The notes under the pieces are model-generated. The model searched no databases and was not told where the DNA came from. It saw only the letters and a program-made list of their open reading frames with translations. Of a DNA stretch of 44,152 bases, positions 1 through 8,653 are shown one piece after another. The stretch is from Actinomycetes bacterium (GTDB lineage Bacteria > Actinomycetota > Acidimicrobiia > Acidimicrobiales > Poriferisodalaceae), in contig JAAETH010000310.1 of assembly GCA_024228575.1 (NCBI GenBank), forward strand, positions 1-44,152, given 5' to 3'. Within the stretch, counting starts at the first letter, position 1. The number at the start of each line of letters is the position of its first letter. Both the position numbers and the translations under genes were made by a program.

Positions 1-240
1 ACAAGAGCAACGACCCGAGGTGTGCCCAGGACCTCGACATCACCACTGCCCAACGCCACGGCCGTGTCTGCCTCGGTGACCGTCGCCTGCCTGGTTGCAG
101 CCGAGCCAATGCTGGGTCCATCCATGAGACGACTCTAGGCCCACCTATGGGGGTTCCTCGGTCGAGTGGCCCGTCGAGCGGGGCACCATCCAGGGAGGCC
201 AAACGTGGAGGAGCCCGAACAGCTCAACTAGACAGATGGC

Positions 241-1863
241 ATGGCATTGAACATCCCGAAGACTCGCTGGACTCTCGTGGAGGCGATTCGATCAGCGGCC
301 GAACAGTTCGCGGAGCGAAGCTTTCTCGCATTTTCCGAGGGGGGCGGGTTCAGCTTCGACGAATACGACGCCGAGTCCGACCTGTTGGCCGGAGCTCTCG
401 CCGAGCTCGGGGTTGTTCGGGGAAGCAGGGTTCTGGCCTTTGGGCACAACACGCCGCAGTTCATGCTCGCTCTCGGTGCGACGGCCAAGAGAGGGGCGAC
501 CTTCGTCCCGGTGAATACCGAGCTGAAGGGCGGATTTCTCGAGCACCAGGTCCGCAACGCCGAGCCGACGGTTGTTGTGTGCGACCACGAACTGCTTTCT
601 GCGATGGCGACGGTCGAGGGTCATTTCGACTCGGTGAGGGCTGTTGTTGTCATCGGTGGCCCCGCCGACGCTGACTCCTGTAGCGCCTTCCCCTTGGCTC
701 GCTGGTCGACCTTCGAGCAGCTGGTGGCGACGGGAGCCGCCGGACAGGTACTCGAGCCACAGCCGAGCGACATCGCGATGATCATGTACACCTCCGGGAC
801 CACGGGCCCGTCGAAAGGTGTGCTGATGCCGCACGCACATTGTTACGTGTTCGGGCTCGGATTGAGCACGTCGGTAGGTGCGACCGAGGATGACCACTAC
901 TACGTCTGTATGCCCCTGTTCCATGCGAACGGCATGTTGATGCAAGTCATCGGATGCCTTATCGCGGGAACCTCGGCCACGGTGGCCAAACGTTTCTCAG
1001 CCACAGGTTGGTTGGACGAGGTCCGGGCGTGTGATGCCACCCTCACAAACGCTCTCGGGGTCATGCCCGAGTTCATCGTTCGTCAGCCCGTCACCGAACA
1101 CGACAGGGACAACCGGCTTCGCCTGGTAATGGCGGTTCCGATTTCCGACGAGTGGGGTACCGAGTTCGAGCAACGGTTCGGCGTGAAGCTGTTCCAGGGG
1201 TTCGGCATGACCGAGTGCAACATGATCGCCTACACGCGGCACGGTGACGATCTCATCCCTGGATGTGCAGGTCACCCGCTCGACGACCTCTTCGAGGTGC
1301 GGATCGTCGAACCCGACACGGACGAACCACTGGCGGTCGACCAGGTCGGAGAGATCACAGTCCGACCGAAGGAACCGTCGTGTTTCATGGCGGGCTACGA
1401 CAAGATGCCCGACAGGACTGTCGAGGCATGGCGGAACCTGTGGTTCCACACCGGCGATGCCGGAAGGATCGATGTCGAGGGTCGCCTTCACTTCGTGGAC
1501 CGCATCAAGGACCGCATTCGGCGCAGGGGTGAGAACATCTCGTCATTCGAGGTCGAGCAGGTGATCAACAACCACGGGTCGGTTCAGGAGAGCGCTGTCG
1601 TGGGCGTGAGGATCGAGGATGCCGGCGGTGAGGACGAGTTGAAAGCCGCCGTTGTGCTGATCGAGGGCGTCGATCTCGATCCGGTCGATCTGCTCGATCA
1701 TTGTCGTGACAACATGCCCAGGTATGCGGTGCCCCGATTTGTCGAGTTCGTGAACGAACTCGACAAGACTCCGACAGGCAAGCTACGCAAACAAGGCCTC
1801 CGCGACGAGGGGGTTGGTGCAGCCTGGGATCGCGAAAGTGTCGGCTACGTCATCCCGCGATAG
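241..1863 (+). CDS. AMP-dependent acyl-CoA synthetase/ligase (adenylate-forming enzyme)
   Basis: 540-aa ORF with the canonical AMP-binding signature 'YTSGTTGPSKGV' plus downstream 'GYGMTE'-like and 'TGD' motifs. Domain order is typical of fatty-acyl-CoA ligases. Confidence 0.9.
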   Translation: MALNIPKTRWTLVEAIRSAAEQFAERSFLAFSEGGGFSFDEYDAESDLLAGALAELGVVRGSRVLAFGHNTPQFMLALGATAKRGATFVPVNTELKGGFLEHQVRNAEPTVVVCDHELLSAMATVEGHFDSVRAVVVIGGPADADSCSAFPLARWSTFEQLVATGAAGQVLEPQPSDIAMIMYTSGTTGPSKGVLMPHAHCYVFGLGLSTSVGATEDDHYYVCMPLFHANGMLMQVIGCLIAGTSATVAKRFSATGWLDEVRACDATLTNALGVMPEFIVRQPVTEHDRDNRLRLVMAVPISDEWGTEFEQRFGVKLFQGFGMTECNMIAYTRHGDDLIPGCAGHPLDDLFEVRIVEPDTDEPLAVDQVGEITVRPKEPSCFMAGYDKMPDRTVEAWRNLWFHTGDAGRIDVEGRLHFVDRIKDRIRRRGENISSFEVEQVINNHGSVQESAVVGVRIEDAGGEDELKAAVVLIEGVDLDPVDLLDHCRDNMPRYAVPRFVEFVNELDKTPTGKLRKQGLRDEGVGAAWDRESVGYVIPR

Positions 1864-1892
1864 CCCGGCTCGCCCAGGGGCAGCGCCACGGT

Positions 1893-2756
1893 TTACACGA
1901 GGGTGATGTCGAAGTCCGCCGATGCACCGGTGAGGGCGCCACTGGCTCTGTCGATGAGGTCGCGACCCGGTTCGACGAGTGGAGGGTCGGCGGGGCGCAC
2001 TCCGTGCGAGCGATACGCCATGAGCTTGATCCGCATCGAGGGGTCGACCTCGGCCAACCAGGTTCCGGTTCGTCCCAGTAGGTTCGGTTCGTCGTTGATC
2101 CCTGCCACCAGGAGCAACCTGACCTCGTACAGCAACCCGAGGTGGGCAAGGTGTTCGATCGACTCGAGAGTCCTGTTGTTGGAGGACCCTGTCATCTGCT
2201 GATGAATGCCATCGTCGAAACACTTGAGGTCGACCATCGCTGCGTCCATCACTCCGCTGAGCCGGTTCCACACGGAGGTGTCGACGGCACCGTTCGTGTC
2301 GACCATGCAGCTGAGCCGGGCGACTCTGGGGTTCGTGCTCGACTTGATCGCCGTGAACAGGGCATCGACGAAGTCGGCCTGCTGGGTTGCCTCTCCGCCC
2401 GACACCGTGACGCCGGAGAGGAACGGCGCTGCTCTTTCGATGTCGATCAGCAACGACCTCACAGACCGTCGCTTCGCCTTCGGGGTCGCGTCGATCGGGC
2501 AGACGCTGGTGCATTGGTCGCCGCCGTCGCAGGCGTCCTGATTCCAGTCGACACCGTCGGAGCCGATGACCAAGGCTCCGGTGGGACAGCCCTCGACGCA
2601 GGCGCCACAGTCGTCGCACACACCGATCGTGTATGGGTTGTGGCAGGCCACGCAGTTGAAGTTGCAGCCCTGAAGGAAGACGGTGAACCGGTTGCCCGGG
2701 CCGTCGACGTTCGAGAATGGGATGGTGTCAGTGACCAGGCCGTGGGTCTCGTTCAT
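1893..2756 (-). CDS. Glycyl-radical enzyme activating protein, YjjW-like (radical SAM with ferredoxin-type insert)
   Basis: 287 aa. N-terminal radical-SAM motif CNFNCVACHN (CxxxCxxC) preceded by 'GPGNRFTVFLQGC', as in PflA-type activases. Two extra Cys clusters (CDDCGACVEGCP; CDGGDQCTSVCP). Same length as E. coli YjjW. Lies immediately downstream of the yjjI-like gene with a 29-nt overlap. Confidence 0.85.
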   Translation of the reverse strand: MNETHGLVTDTIPFSNVDGPGNRFTVFLQGCNFNCVACHNPYTIGVCDDCGACVEGCPTGALVIGSDGVDWNQDACDGGDQCTSVCPIDATPKAKRRSVRSLLIDIERAAPFLSGVTVSGGEATQQADFVDALFTAIKSSTNPRVARLSCMVDTNGAVDTSVWNRLSGVMDAAMVDLKCFDDGIHQQMTGSSNNRTLESIEHLAHLGLLYEVRLLLVAGINDEPNLLGRTGTWLAEVDPSMRIKLMAYRSHGVRPADPPLVEPGRDLIDRASGALTGASADFDITLV

Positions 2757-4284
2757 GAGATCCGACCCGTTTCGTAGCCCGTTCGGTCAGGTGGTAGCCG
2801 CGTTCGGTTCCTGCGGCGAGGAAGTCGCTGGTGTGTCGTGACCCGATCTCGTCGATGTCGACGATGTCGCATTTGCGGACGAGATACCCGGTGATGCGGA
2901 TGAACTCGTTCGAGTCGAGGTTGAAGGTGAAGTCGCGCATTCCCGATTCGAACGCTCCTCGGATCACGTCGACGATCGCTCGGGGGTTGCGCCGTGCCGT
3001 CTCGTCGAAGTGGAAGATGTCGCTGACGCCCGACGCGAACAGGTGGTGGTGTGGGGCACACGTCAAGATGTGATCGAGTAGCTCGGGTTCCTCGCCGACA
3101 GGAATACGTGTTCCGGCCGTCACCTTGTCGTCGAGGTCGATGCCGCTCTGTGAGTGAAGGTAGGCATACCCGCCTCCGCCCTCACAGTACGGCTGAGGTC
3201 TCGACGCGACCAGCTCTGCCACCCGCTCGACAACCCGCACCGAGAAGGCGTCCGCGAACTCGCCGTGTCCGTAGCGTTCGCTGGTCTTTCCTTCGTGTTG
3301 CATCAAGATGTTGACGCACTCGGCCAGTCCGAAGATGCCGAACATCGCCGAGAACTGCTCCAGCGAGATGAACCCCTCAGCGGCGAGCCAGCTGCTCTCG
3401 AAGAACCGCTGGTCTTCGACCAACGAGCGGATACGTGCCTCGAGCAGTTCTGCGGTGAGTTCGACGTAGTGAGGGAGGGTCGATTCGAGGAACAATTCGG
3501 CCGAGCCCTCGTGACGAAGCGCCGCCTCCTTCAGGTTCAACCGCACCAACGTGTGTGAACCGCCACCGATCTTCAGCGAGTTGTAGCAGCTGACCGATGC
3601 GTACCTCTCACCGTGATCGCCGACCATCATCGGGTGGTTCACGAAATGGGGTTTTGCGGTCTCGAAGACCGTCAACACGGCCTCTTGAACGAGCGAATCC
3701 GGCGTGATGTCGGGGTCGACCTTGAGGGTGATGTTGGGAACCGCCTGGCGTAGCGTTCGCTCGACACGAAGGATCGAGCGGGTTATTCGACTGTCGTGAG
3801 GCCCGAGATCTGTGTGGGCGAAGGCGTCGGGCTGCATCCGGTCTATGCCAATCCAGAACCGCCGCAACATGGTGTCGAGATCGTCGTCGGAGATCGAGTC
3901 GTCGACGAAGGGTGCGAGGACCTTGTCGAGATCGCCCAGATAGACGGGATATGTCGTGACCGACGGGACGTTGGCGTACATGATCTGGAGGAACGCCAGC
4001 GCATCGGGCAGGTTCTGGGGAGGTTCGAGTTCGAGATACTCGATGCCCTCTGACACCGCCTTTTCGTAGTCGGGGAGTATGTACCTCGCCGTGTACGGGG
4101 TGTTGCCCTCGTACATGTCGCAGATGATGCCCTTGTCGAAAGCCTCGTTGCACTCCTGAGAAAGCTCGGGATATGGCATCGCCTCGAGGGCCAAGGACGC
4201 CAGCTGCCGCAGCTTCTGGTCGTAGGCGAGATGGTTCGCCCGGATAATCGAAGCGACCCGATCTTGGAACTCTTGCATGTGCAC
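2728..4284 (-). CDS. Short glycyl-radical enzyme, YjjI family (DUF3029-type); function unknown
   Basis: 518 aa, the size of E. coli YjjI (516 aa). C-terminal 'FIRITGYLVRK' resembles the glycyl-radical fingerprint RVSGY. It is paired with a YjjW-type activase in yjjI-yjjW order. Confidence 0.75.
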   Translation of the reverse strand: MHMQEFQDRVASIIRANHLAYDQKLRQLASLALEAMPYPELSQECNEAFDKGIICDMYEGNTPYTARYILPDYEKAVSEGIEYLELEPPQNLPDALAFLQIMYANVPSVTTYPVYLGDLDKVLAPFVDDSISDDDLDTMLRRFWIGIDRMQPDAFAHTDLGPHDSRITRSILRVERTLRQAVPNITLKVDPDITPDSLVQEAVLTVFETAKPHFVNHPMMVGDHGERYASVSCYNSLKIGGGSHTLVRLNLKEAALRHEGSAELFLESTLPHYVELTAELLEARIRSLVEDQRFFESSWLAAEGFISLEQFSAMFGIFGLAECVNILMQHEGKTSERYGHGEFADAFSVRVVERVAELVASRPQPYCEGGGGYAYLHSQSGIDLDDKVTAGTRIPVGEEPELLDHILTCAPHHHLFASGVSDIFHFDETARRNPRAIVDVIRGAFESGMRDFTFNLDSNEFIRITGYLVRKCDIVDIDEIGSRHTSDFLAAGTERGYHLTERATKRVGSHERDPRPGH

Positions 4285-4337
4285 GAGTCAACCAATACCG
4301 GTGTGCGGAAGCACTGACAAGGGCCAAATGTCGGCAT

Positions 4338-4405
4338 TGTGTTCAGCGGGCACGCGCCGAGTGTTCGGCGGGCACGCCCCCGGCTGTGCGTCGTAGTGTT
4401 CGGGG
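4338..4405. promoter_or_regulatory. Tandem direct repeats (GTGTTCRGCGGGCACGCSCC x2 plus a partial third) in the yjjI-operon/ridA divergent promoter
   Basis: tgtgttcagcgggcacgcgcc (4338-4358) and agtgttcggcgggcacgcccc (4360-4380) are adjacent with a 22-bp period. A truncated third copy agtgttcgggg (4395-4405) abuts the ridA start. Candidate operator for a direct-repeat-binding regulator. Confidence 0.4.
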
Positions 4406-4888
4406 ATGGGAAAGATCGAAGATCGGCTGGCCGAACTCGACGTCGTGCTTCCACCACCGGTTGTCACCCCTCCCGGGGTGGTGCTTCCGTTCGCCTTCGT
4501 CCATGTTGTCGACAACAGGGCAATGATCTCGGGTCATGCCCCTCAGACGAGCGATGGATCGCTCGCAGGGCCCTTCGGAAAGTTGGGTACAGACCTGACA
4601 GTCGAACAGGGGTATGTGTCCGCCAGGCTTGTCGGGTTGTCGATCCTCGGTTCGTTGCAACGCGAGCTGGGCACCCTCGATCGTGTACATGGCTGGGTGA
4701 AGGCTCTGGGAATGGTGAATGCTGACGCCGACTTCACCGATCATCCGGCGGTTATCAACGGGTTCTCCGACCTGATTCTCGAGGTGTTCGGTCCCGATGT
4801 TGGTGTGCACTCGCGTTCAGCGGTCGGAATGGCGTCGCTGCCGTGGTCGATCCCCGTCGAGATCGAAGCCGAAGTCGTCGTTCGCTAG
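4406..4888 (+). CDS. RidA/YjgF-like (Rid family) protein
   Basis: 160 aa. The C-terminal 'PWSIPVEIEAEVVV' matches the Rid-family C-terminal strand. Size and hydrophobic pattern are typical. Divergent from the yjjI operon. Confidence 0.65.
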   Translation: MGKIEDRLAELDVVLPPPVVTPPGVVLPFAFVHVVDNRAMISGHAPQTSDGSLAGPFGKLGTDLTVEQGYVSARLVGLSILGSLQRELGTLDRVHGWVKALGMVNADADFTDHPAVINGFSDLILEVFGPDVGVHSRSAVGMASLPWSIPVEIEAEVVVR

Positions 4889-4938
4889 AACAGGCGGTCG
4901 TGTTGGGCGGGCTCGGCGCAAGAAGGGTCGGCCGCGTT

Positions 4939-6579
4939 CTAGCGGTCGGCTTCGCGATCGGAGGACTTGATGGAGACAGCGAGCCGTCTCCACTCGGGCC
5001 GCCTGCGGCTGTCGGCTGCTGTTTCGGAGAGTCTGAACGCCCAGTTGTGTGATCCCACCGTGCCCGGCTGGTTGATGCGGTCCTCGAGCCCGAACAGGTC
5101 GGTGATCATGACGGCTGCGTACCTCGACCGGCTTGCCATCAGGGCATCGATGAGTGCCCATCGCTCCTGGTCTCCGAACGGGCCGTTCGGCTCGATATCG
5201 CCGAAGGCGGCCAGGCGTTGCCACAGCTCGGCTGCCTCGATCGCGTCGTCGGTGTCGGTGACGTTGGTCGAGCGCTCTGCGAGGTCTAGCCACAGGCTTG
5301 CCAGTGGGTCGTGATCGTGGGTCGCGTATGTGGCGAACGTGCACTCGTCGATCTCGTCGGGCGAGATCACCTTGCCATCGTCGTCGGCGTCCCAATGGGG
5401 AATGCGAAAGCCCGCCACGTCGAGCGAGGTCATGTGGGGTCTGACGTAGTCGGGGACAACACCGAGGTCTTCACCGACGACCTGCGCTCCGCCGGCAGCG
5501 TCGATGACCATCTTCAGTCTGTGGTCGCCGTCGGCTCGGTTCGCGTCGCGGTTCGTCTCGAGATCGTCGGGGCGTGGAACCCAGCGCGGTAACACGCCAC
5601 CGGTTCGTTCGGCTGCTTCGGCCCCCGTCAAGGCGAGGAACTGCTCGTTGAACTGGGGGAGCCACGGGAAGGCGTAGATGCGGTAGAGCCCAAGAATGTG
5701 ATCGATTCGAAACACATGGAAGATGTCGGTCAGTTTCTGGATCCGTCGGCGCCACCACGGATAGTCCTCCGAGCGCATCTTCGCCCAGTCGTAGAGCGGG
5801 ATTCCCCAGTTCTGACCCCACCGCCGGATGAACTCATCGTGTTTGAACATGGTCTCGGGAGGTGCACCACCACACCATTCGAGGTCGAAGTCGTCGCGCT
5901 GGAAGAAGACATCGGCCGAGTATCTTCCGATGCCGATCGGTATGTCGCCCATGAGCTGGACGCCTCGTTCGTCGGCGAACCGACGAACTGCGAGCCACTG
6001 TCCAAAACACAACCACTGGACCCAAGCGAAGAATTCCGTGAGATCGCTGTGTTCGGCAGCGCACGCTCGAGCCTCGGTCGGGTCGTGAACCTCGTCTGGC
6101 CACTCGTCCCAGATGGCGGAGCCGAACACCTCGACCAGCGTTCGGAAGTTGGCGTAGTCGTCGAGCCAGGCGGCTTCGGCTCGTCGGAACCGGTCGAACT
6201 CGTGGTGAAGCCCCGGTTCGGCCTGGGGCCAGCGTTTCCACGCGCTGTCGAGGAGGCGCCGCTTCCTGCGACGTACCTCGTCGTAGTCGACGGGTCCCGG
6301 TGACACCTCGGCCGTCGCTGCTGCAACCTCGGAGGGATCGATCCCGGGGACCTCTTCCATCGCCAGATAGAGCGGCTCGAGAGCAACCGACGAGAGTGCG
6401 TCGTAGGGGCTGTCGTCAGAGCCCACCTCGTTGATGGGAAGGAGCTGGAGAAGCCCGACCGCGTGGTCGGCGGCCAACGCGATCCACTCGATGAGAGCCC
6501 GGGTGTCCCCGATGCCGAGATCCGCGTCGCGACGGGTTGTGAAGGCGGGTATGACAAGTCCGGCGAGTCGTCGGCTCAT
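4939..6579 (-). CDS. malQ: 4-alpha-glucanotransferase (amylomaltase, GH77)
   Basis: 546 aa. It carries GH77-like blocks ('GDIPIGIGRYSADVF', 'HILGLYRIYAFPW', 'HDHDPL'). Size and layout match MalQ. Confidence 0.85.
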   Translation of the reverse strand: MSRRLAGLVIPAFTTRRDADLGIGDTRALIEWIALAADHAVGLLQLLPINEVGSDDSPYDALSSVALEPLYLAMEEVPGIDPSEVAAATAEVSPGPVDYDEVRRRKRRLLDSAWKRWPQAEPGLHHEFDRFRRAEAAWLDDYANFRTLVEVFGSAIWDEWPDEVHDPTEARACAAEHSDLTEFFAWVQWLCFGQWLAVRRFADERGVQLMGDIPIGIGRYSADVFFQRDDFDLEWCGGAPPETMFKHDEFIRRWGQNWGIPLYDWAKMRSEDYPWWRRRIQKLTDIFHVFRIDHILGLYRIYAFPWLPQFNEQFLALTGAEAAERTGGVLPRWVPRPDDLETNRDANRADGDHRLKMVIDAAGGAQVVGEDLGVVPDYVRPHMTSLDVAGFRIPHWDADDDGKVISPDEIDECTFATYATHDHDPLASLWLDLAERSTNVTDTDDAIEAAELWQRLAAFGDIEPNGPFGDQERWALIDALMASRSRYAAVMITDLFGLEDRINQPGTVGSHNWAFRLSETAADSRRRPEWRRLAVSIKSSDREADR

Positions 6580-6715
6580 GGCCTGGCTCGCTCACCGCTG
6601 ACACATCCTGTCCCTGGTGATGAAGACATCGCTTCGAGCGTACGCCATCAGCCGAGCGAATCTGCGTGGCTCTCCGCTATGGTCGCAGCGTTGGGAGTCA
6701 GCCTGGGAGGGTGCT

Positions 6716-8569
6716 TTGACCTATCAGCTCGGTGTAGATCTTGGCACTACATACACCTCGGCCGCGATCCGGCGCGATGGGCGCACACGCATATTCGAGC
6801 TGGGCAATCGCACCTCGACGATTCCGTCGGTCATCTACCTGGGAGAAGACGGGACGGTCCTTACCGGCGAGGCCGCCAATCGCCGAGGGGTCACCGAACC
6901 GAACCGGGTGGTCCGCGAGTTCAAGAGACGCATCGGCGACCCGACACCGATCCTCCTGGGCGGTACCCCCTATTCAGCCGAGGCATTGTCGGCGAAGCTG
7001 CTCAGCTGGGTTATCGAGCGGGTCAGCGAACGCGAGGGTTCGCACCCCGGCCGGGTTGCTGTGACACACCCGGCGAACTGGGGTCCGTACAAGCTCGACT
7101 TGCTCGAGCAAGCAGTGCGCATGGCCAACCTCGAAGATGTTGTCACGCTCACCGAGCCCGAGGCCGCCGCCATCCATTACGCGAGCATGGAGCGCATCGA
7201 TCCCGGGATGATCGTGGCTGTGTTCGACCTGGGTGGGGGCACCTTCGACGCAGCGACTTTGAAGAAGACCGAGGCTGGTTTCGAGTTCCTCGGTCGTCCC
7301 GAGGGCATTGAACGCCTCGGTGGTATCGATTTCGATGAGGCGGTGTTCGGATTTGTAGGACGGTCTCTCGGAGGTGCCCTTCAAGAACTCGACCCTACCG
7401 ATCCGACCGCTCTCGCAGCTGTGGCGCGCCTTCGAGCCGAGTGTGTGGAGGCAAAAGAAGCGCTTTCGGGCGACACCGAGGCGGCAATCCCCGTCGTGCT
7501 GCCGAACGTTCAGACCGAGGTCCGCCTCACTCGCGGCGAGTTCGAGCAACTGATCCGACCCAGCCTCGCCGACGCTATCTCGGCGATGCGCCGCGCAGTG
7601 CGAACCGCCGATCTCGAGATGGAACAAATCGATCTGGTTCTTCTCGTCGGCGGTAGCAGCCGCATACCGCTGATCGGCCAAATGGTCGGTGGCGAGCTGG
7701 GCCGCCCCATCGCCATCGATGCACACCCGAAACACTCGGTCGCACTCGGGGCTGCCAGGGCGGCTGCCGACGAGGGCGCAACCCACCCGGTCAGCGTCGA
7801 AGATACGGGTGCAGCCGTTGCGGCCGTTGTACCCCCCGAACCGATTGCGCCCTCTGAAGCGGTTGCGCCTTCCGAACCGGTTGTGCCTTCCGAACCAATC
7901 GTTCCCGCCGCCGCTGCAGCCCCGTTGGACCATACGGCTACAACACCACCGGATGGTCCAAACAAGGGCCTGCTCATCGGTATCGCTGTGGTGGTCATCG
8001 TCGCCATCATCGCTGGGGTGGTGTTCCTGGGCGGAGGCGGCGATTCAGGCGACGATGAGATCGTGGCTGGCGAATCGCCCTTCACCGTTGACGAAGACAC
8101 GTCGACAACGGCTGCGGCTGTCACAACGACCGTGGTCGAGGTCACCACCACAGAGGCGACCACAACGACCGAGGCCGAGATCACCACAACGACCGAACCT
8201 CCGTTCGTGTGCCTCGGATTCTGTTCGGTCATCGAGGAGATCGATGTGGTCGACGGCGAGCTGAGCGTGACATGGACGGCCCACAATTTCTCGCCAGATG
8301 TCGGCAACATCCACGTGCACTTCTTCTTCGACGTGTTCCGGCCGTCGCAGGTCGGTTTGAACTTCGATTCCTGGGGTGAGACGGTCAGGGGATCCTGGGA
8401 TCTGACCGATCAGATTCCGTACTCGACGGCCGGAACGTCGCTGTCGATGAGCAATGTGCCGTCCGGGGCCACCCAGCTGTGTGTGACCCCGACCGATTCG
8501 CAGCACGGTGTCCTCGACCCTGAAAAGTTCGACTGTGTCGACATTCCGGCCGAGTTCGTTCCCGGCTGA
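6716..8569 (+). CDS. Hsp70-family ATPase, membrane-anchored, with Pro/Thr-rich linker and C-terminal extracytoplasmic domain
   Basis: N-terminal actin-like ATPase motifs of Hsp70 ('GVDLGTTYTSAA', 'VFDLGGGTFDAATL'). Then a PSEP/AVP repeat linker, one strong TM helix (LLIGIAVVVIVAIIAGVVFLGG), a Thr-rich acidic stretch and a Cys-containing ~150-aa C-terminal domain. The track ORF begins at 6617, but a GGGAGG Shine-Dalgarno at 6705-6710 followed by TTG at 6716 aligns with the Hsp70 N-terminus, so the start is placed at 6716. Confidence 0.8.
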   Translation: MTYQLGVDLGTTYTSAAIRRDGRTRIFELGNRTSTIPSVIYLGEDGTVLTGEAANRRGVTEPNRVVREFKRRIGDPTPILLGGTPYSAEALSAKLLSWVIERVSEREGSHPGRVAVTHPANWGPYKLDLLEQAVRMANLEDVVTLTEPEAAAIHYASMERIDPGMIVAVFDLGGGTFDAATLKKTEAGFEFLGRPEGIERLGGIDFDEAVFGFVGRSLGGALQELDPTDPTALAAVARLRAECVEAKEALSGDTEAAIPVVLPNVQTEVRLTRGEFEQLIRPSLADAISAMRRAVRTADLEMEQIDLVLLVGGSSRIPLIGQMVGGELGRPIAIDAHPKHSVALGAARAAADEGATHPVSVEDTGAAVAAVVPPEPIAPSEAVAPSEPVVPSEPIVPAAAAAPLDHTATTPPDGPNKGLLIGIAVVVIVAIIAGVVFLGGGGDSGDDEIVAGESPFTVDEDTSTTAAAVTTTVVEVTTTEATTTTEAEITTTTEPPFVCLGFCSVIEEIDVVDGELSVTWTAHNFSPDVGNIHVHFFFDVFRPSQVGLNFDSWGETVRGSWDLTDQIPYSTAGTSLSMSNVPSGATQLCVTPTDSQHGVLDPEKFDCVDIPAEFVPG

Positions 8570-8653
8570 CCACCTAGTGTGAGATCGGCCCGCCTCAGCG
8601 TGGGGGTGACGGTGGTGGACGAGCGGCTCGGCGATCGGTGAGACACGTTCAGC

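Noticed and set aside
147-945. 175-aa (+) and 217-aa (-) ORFs overlapping the 5' end of the acyl-CoA ligase gene
   Set aside because: Arg-rich products overlapping a well-supported AMP-binding enzyme gene. A possible 3' end of an upstream plus-strand gene in the first ~135 nt was considered, but no stop or context supports it.
6617-6715. Upstream extension of the Hsp70-like ORF from the track start at 6617
   Set aside because: The N-terminal 33 residues (MMKTSLRAYAISRANLRGSPLW...) precede the conserved Hsp70 start, and a GGGAGG-N5-TTG lies at 6705-6718. The shorter start is preferred, though not proven.
6463-8310. ORFs 6463..7311 (+), 6974..7933 (-), 7510..8310 (-)
   Set aside because: They overlap the Hsp70-like gene or the malQ 5' region in other frames or strands, with no motifs. 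The Hsp70 ATPase motifs define the real frame.
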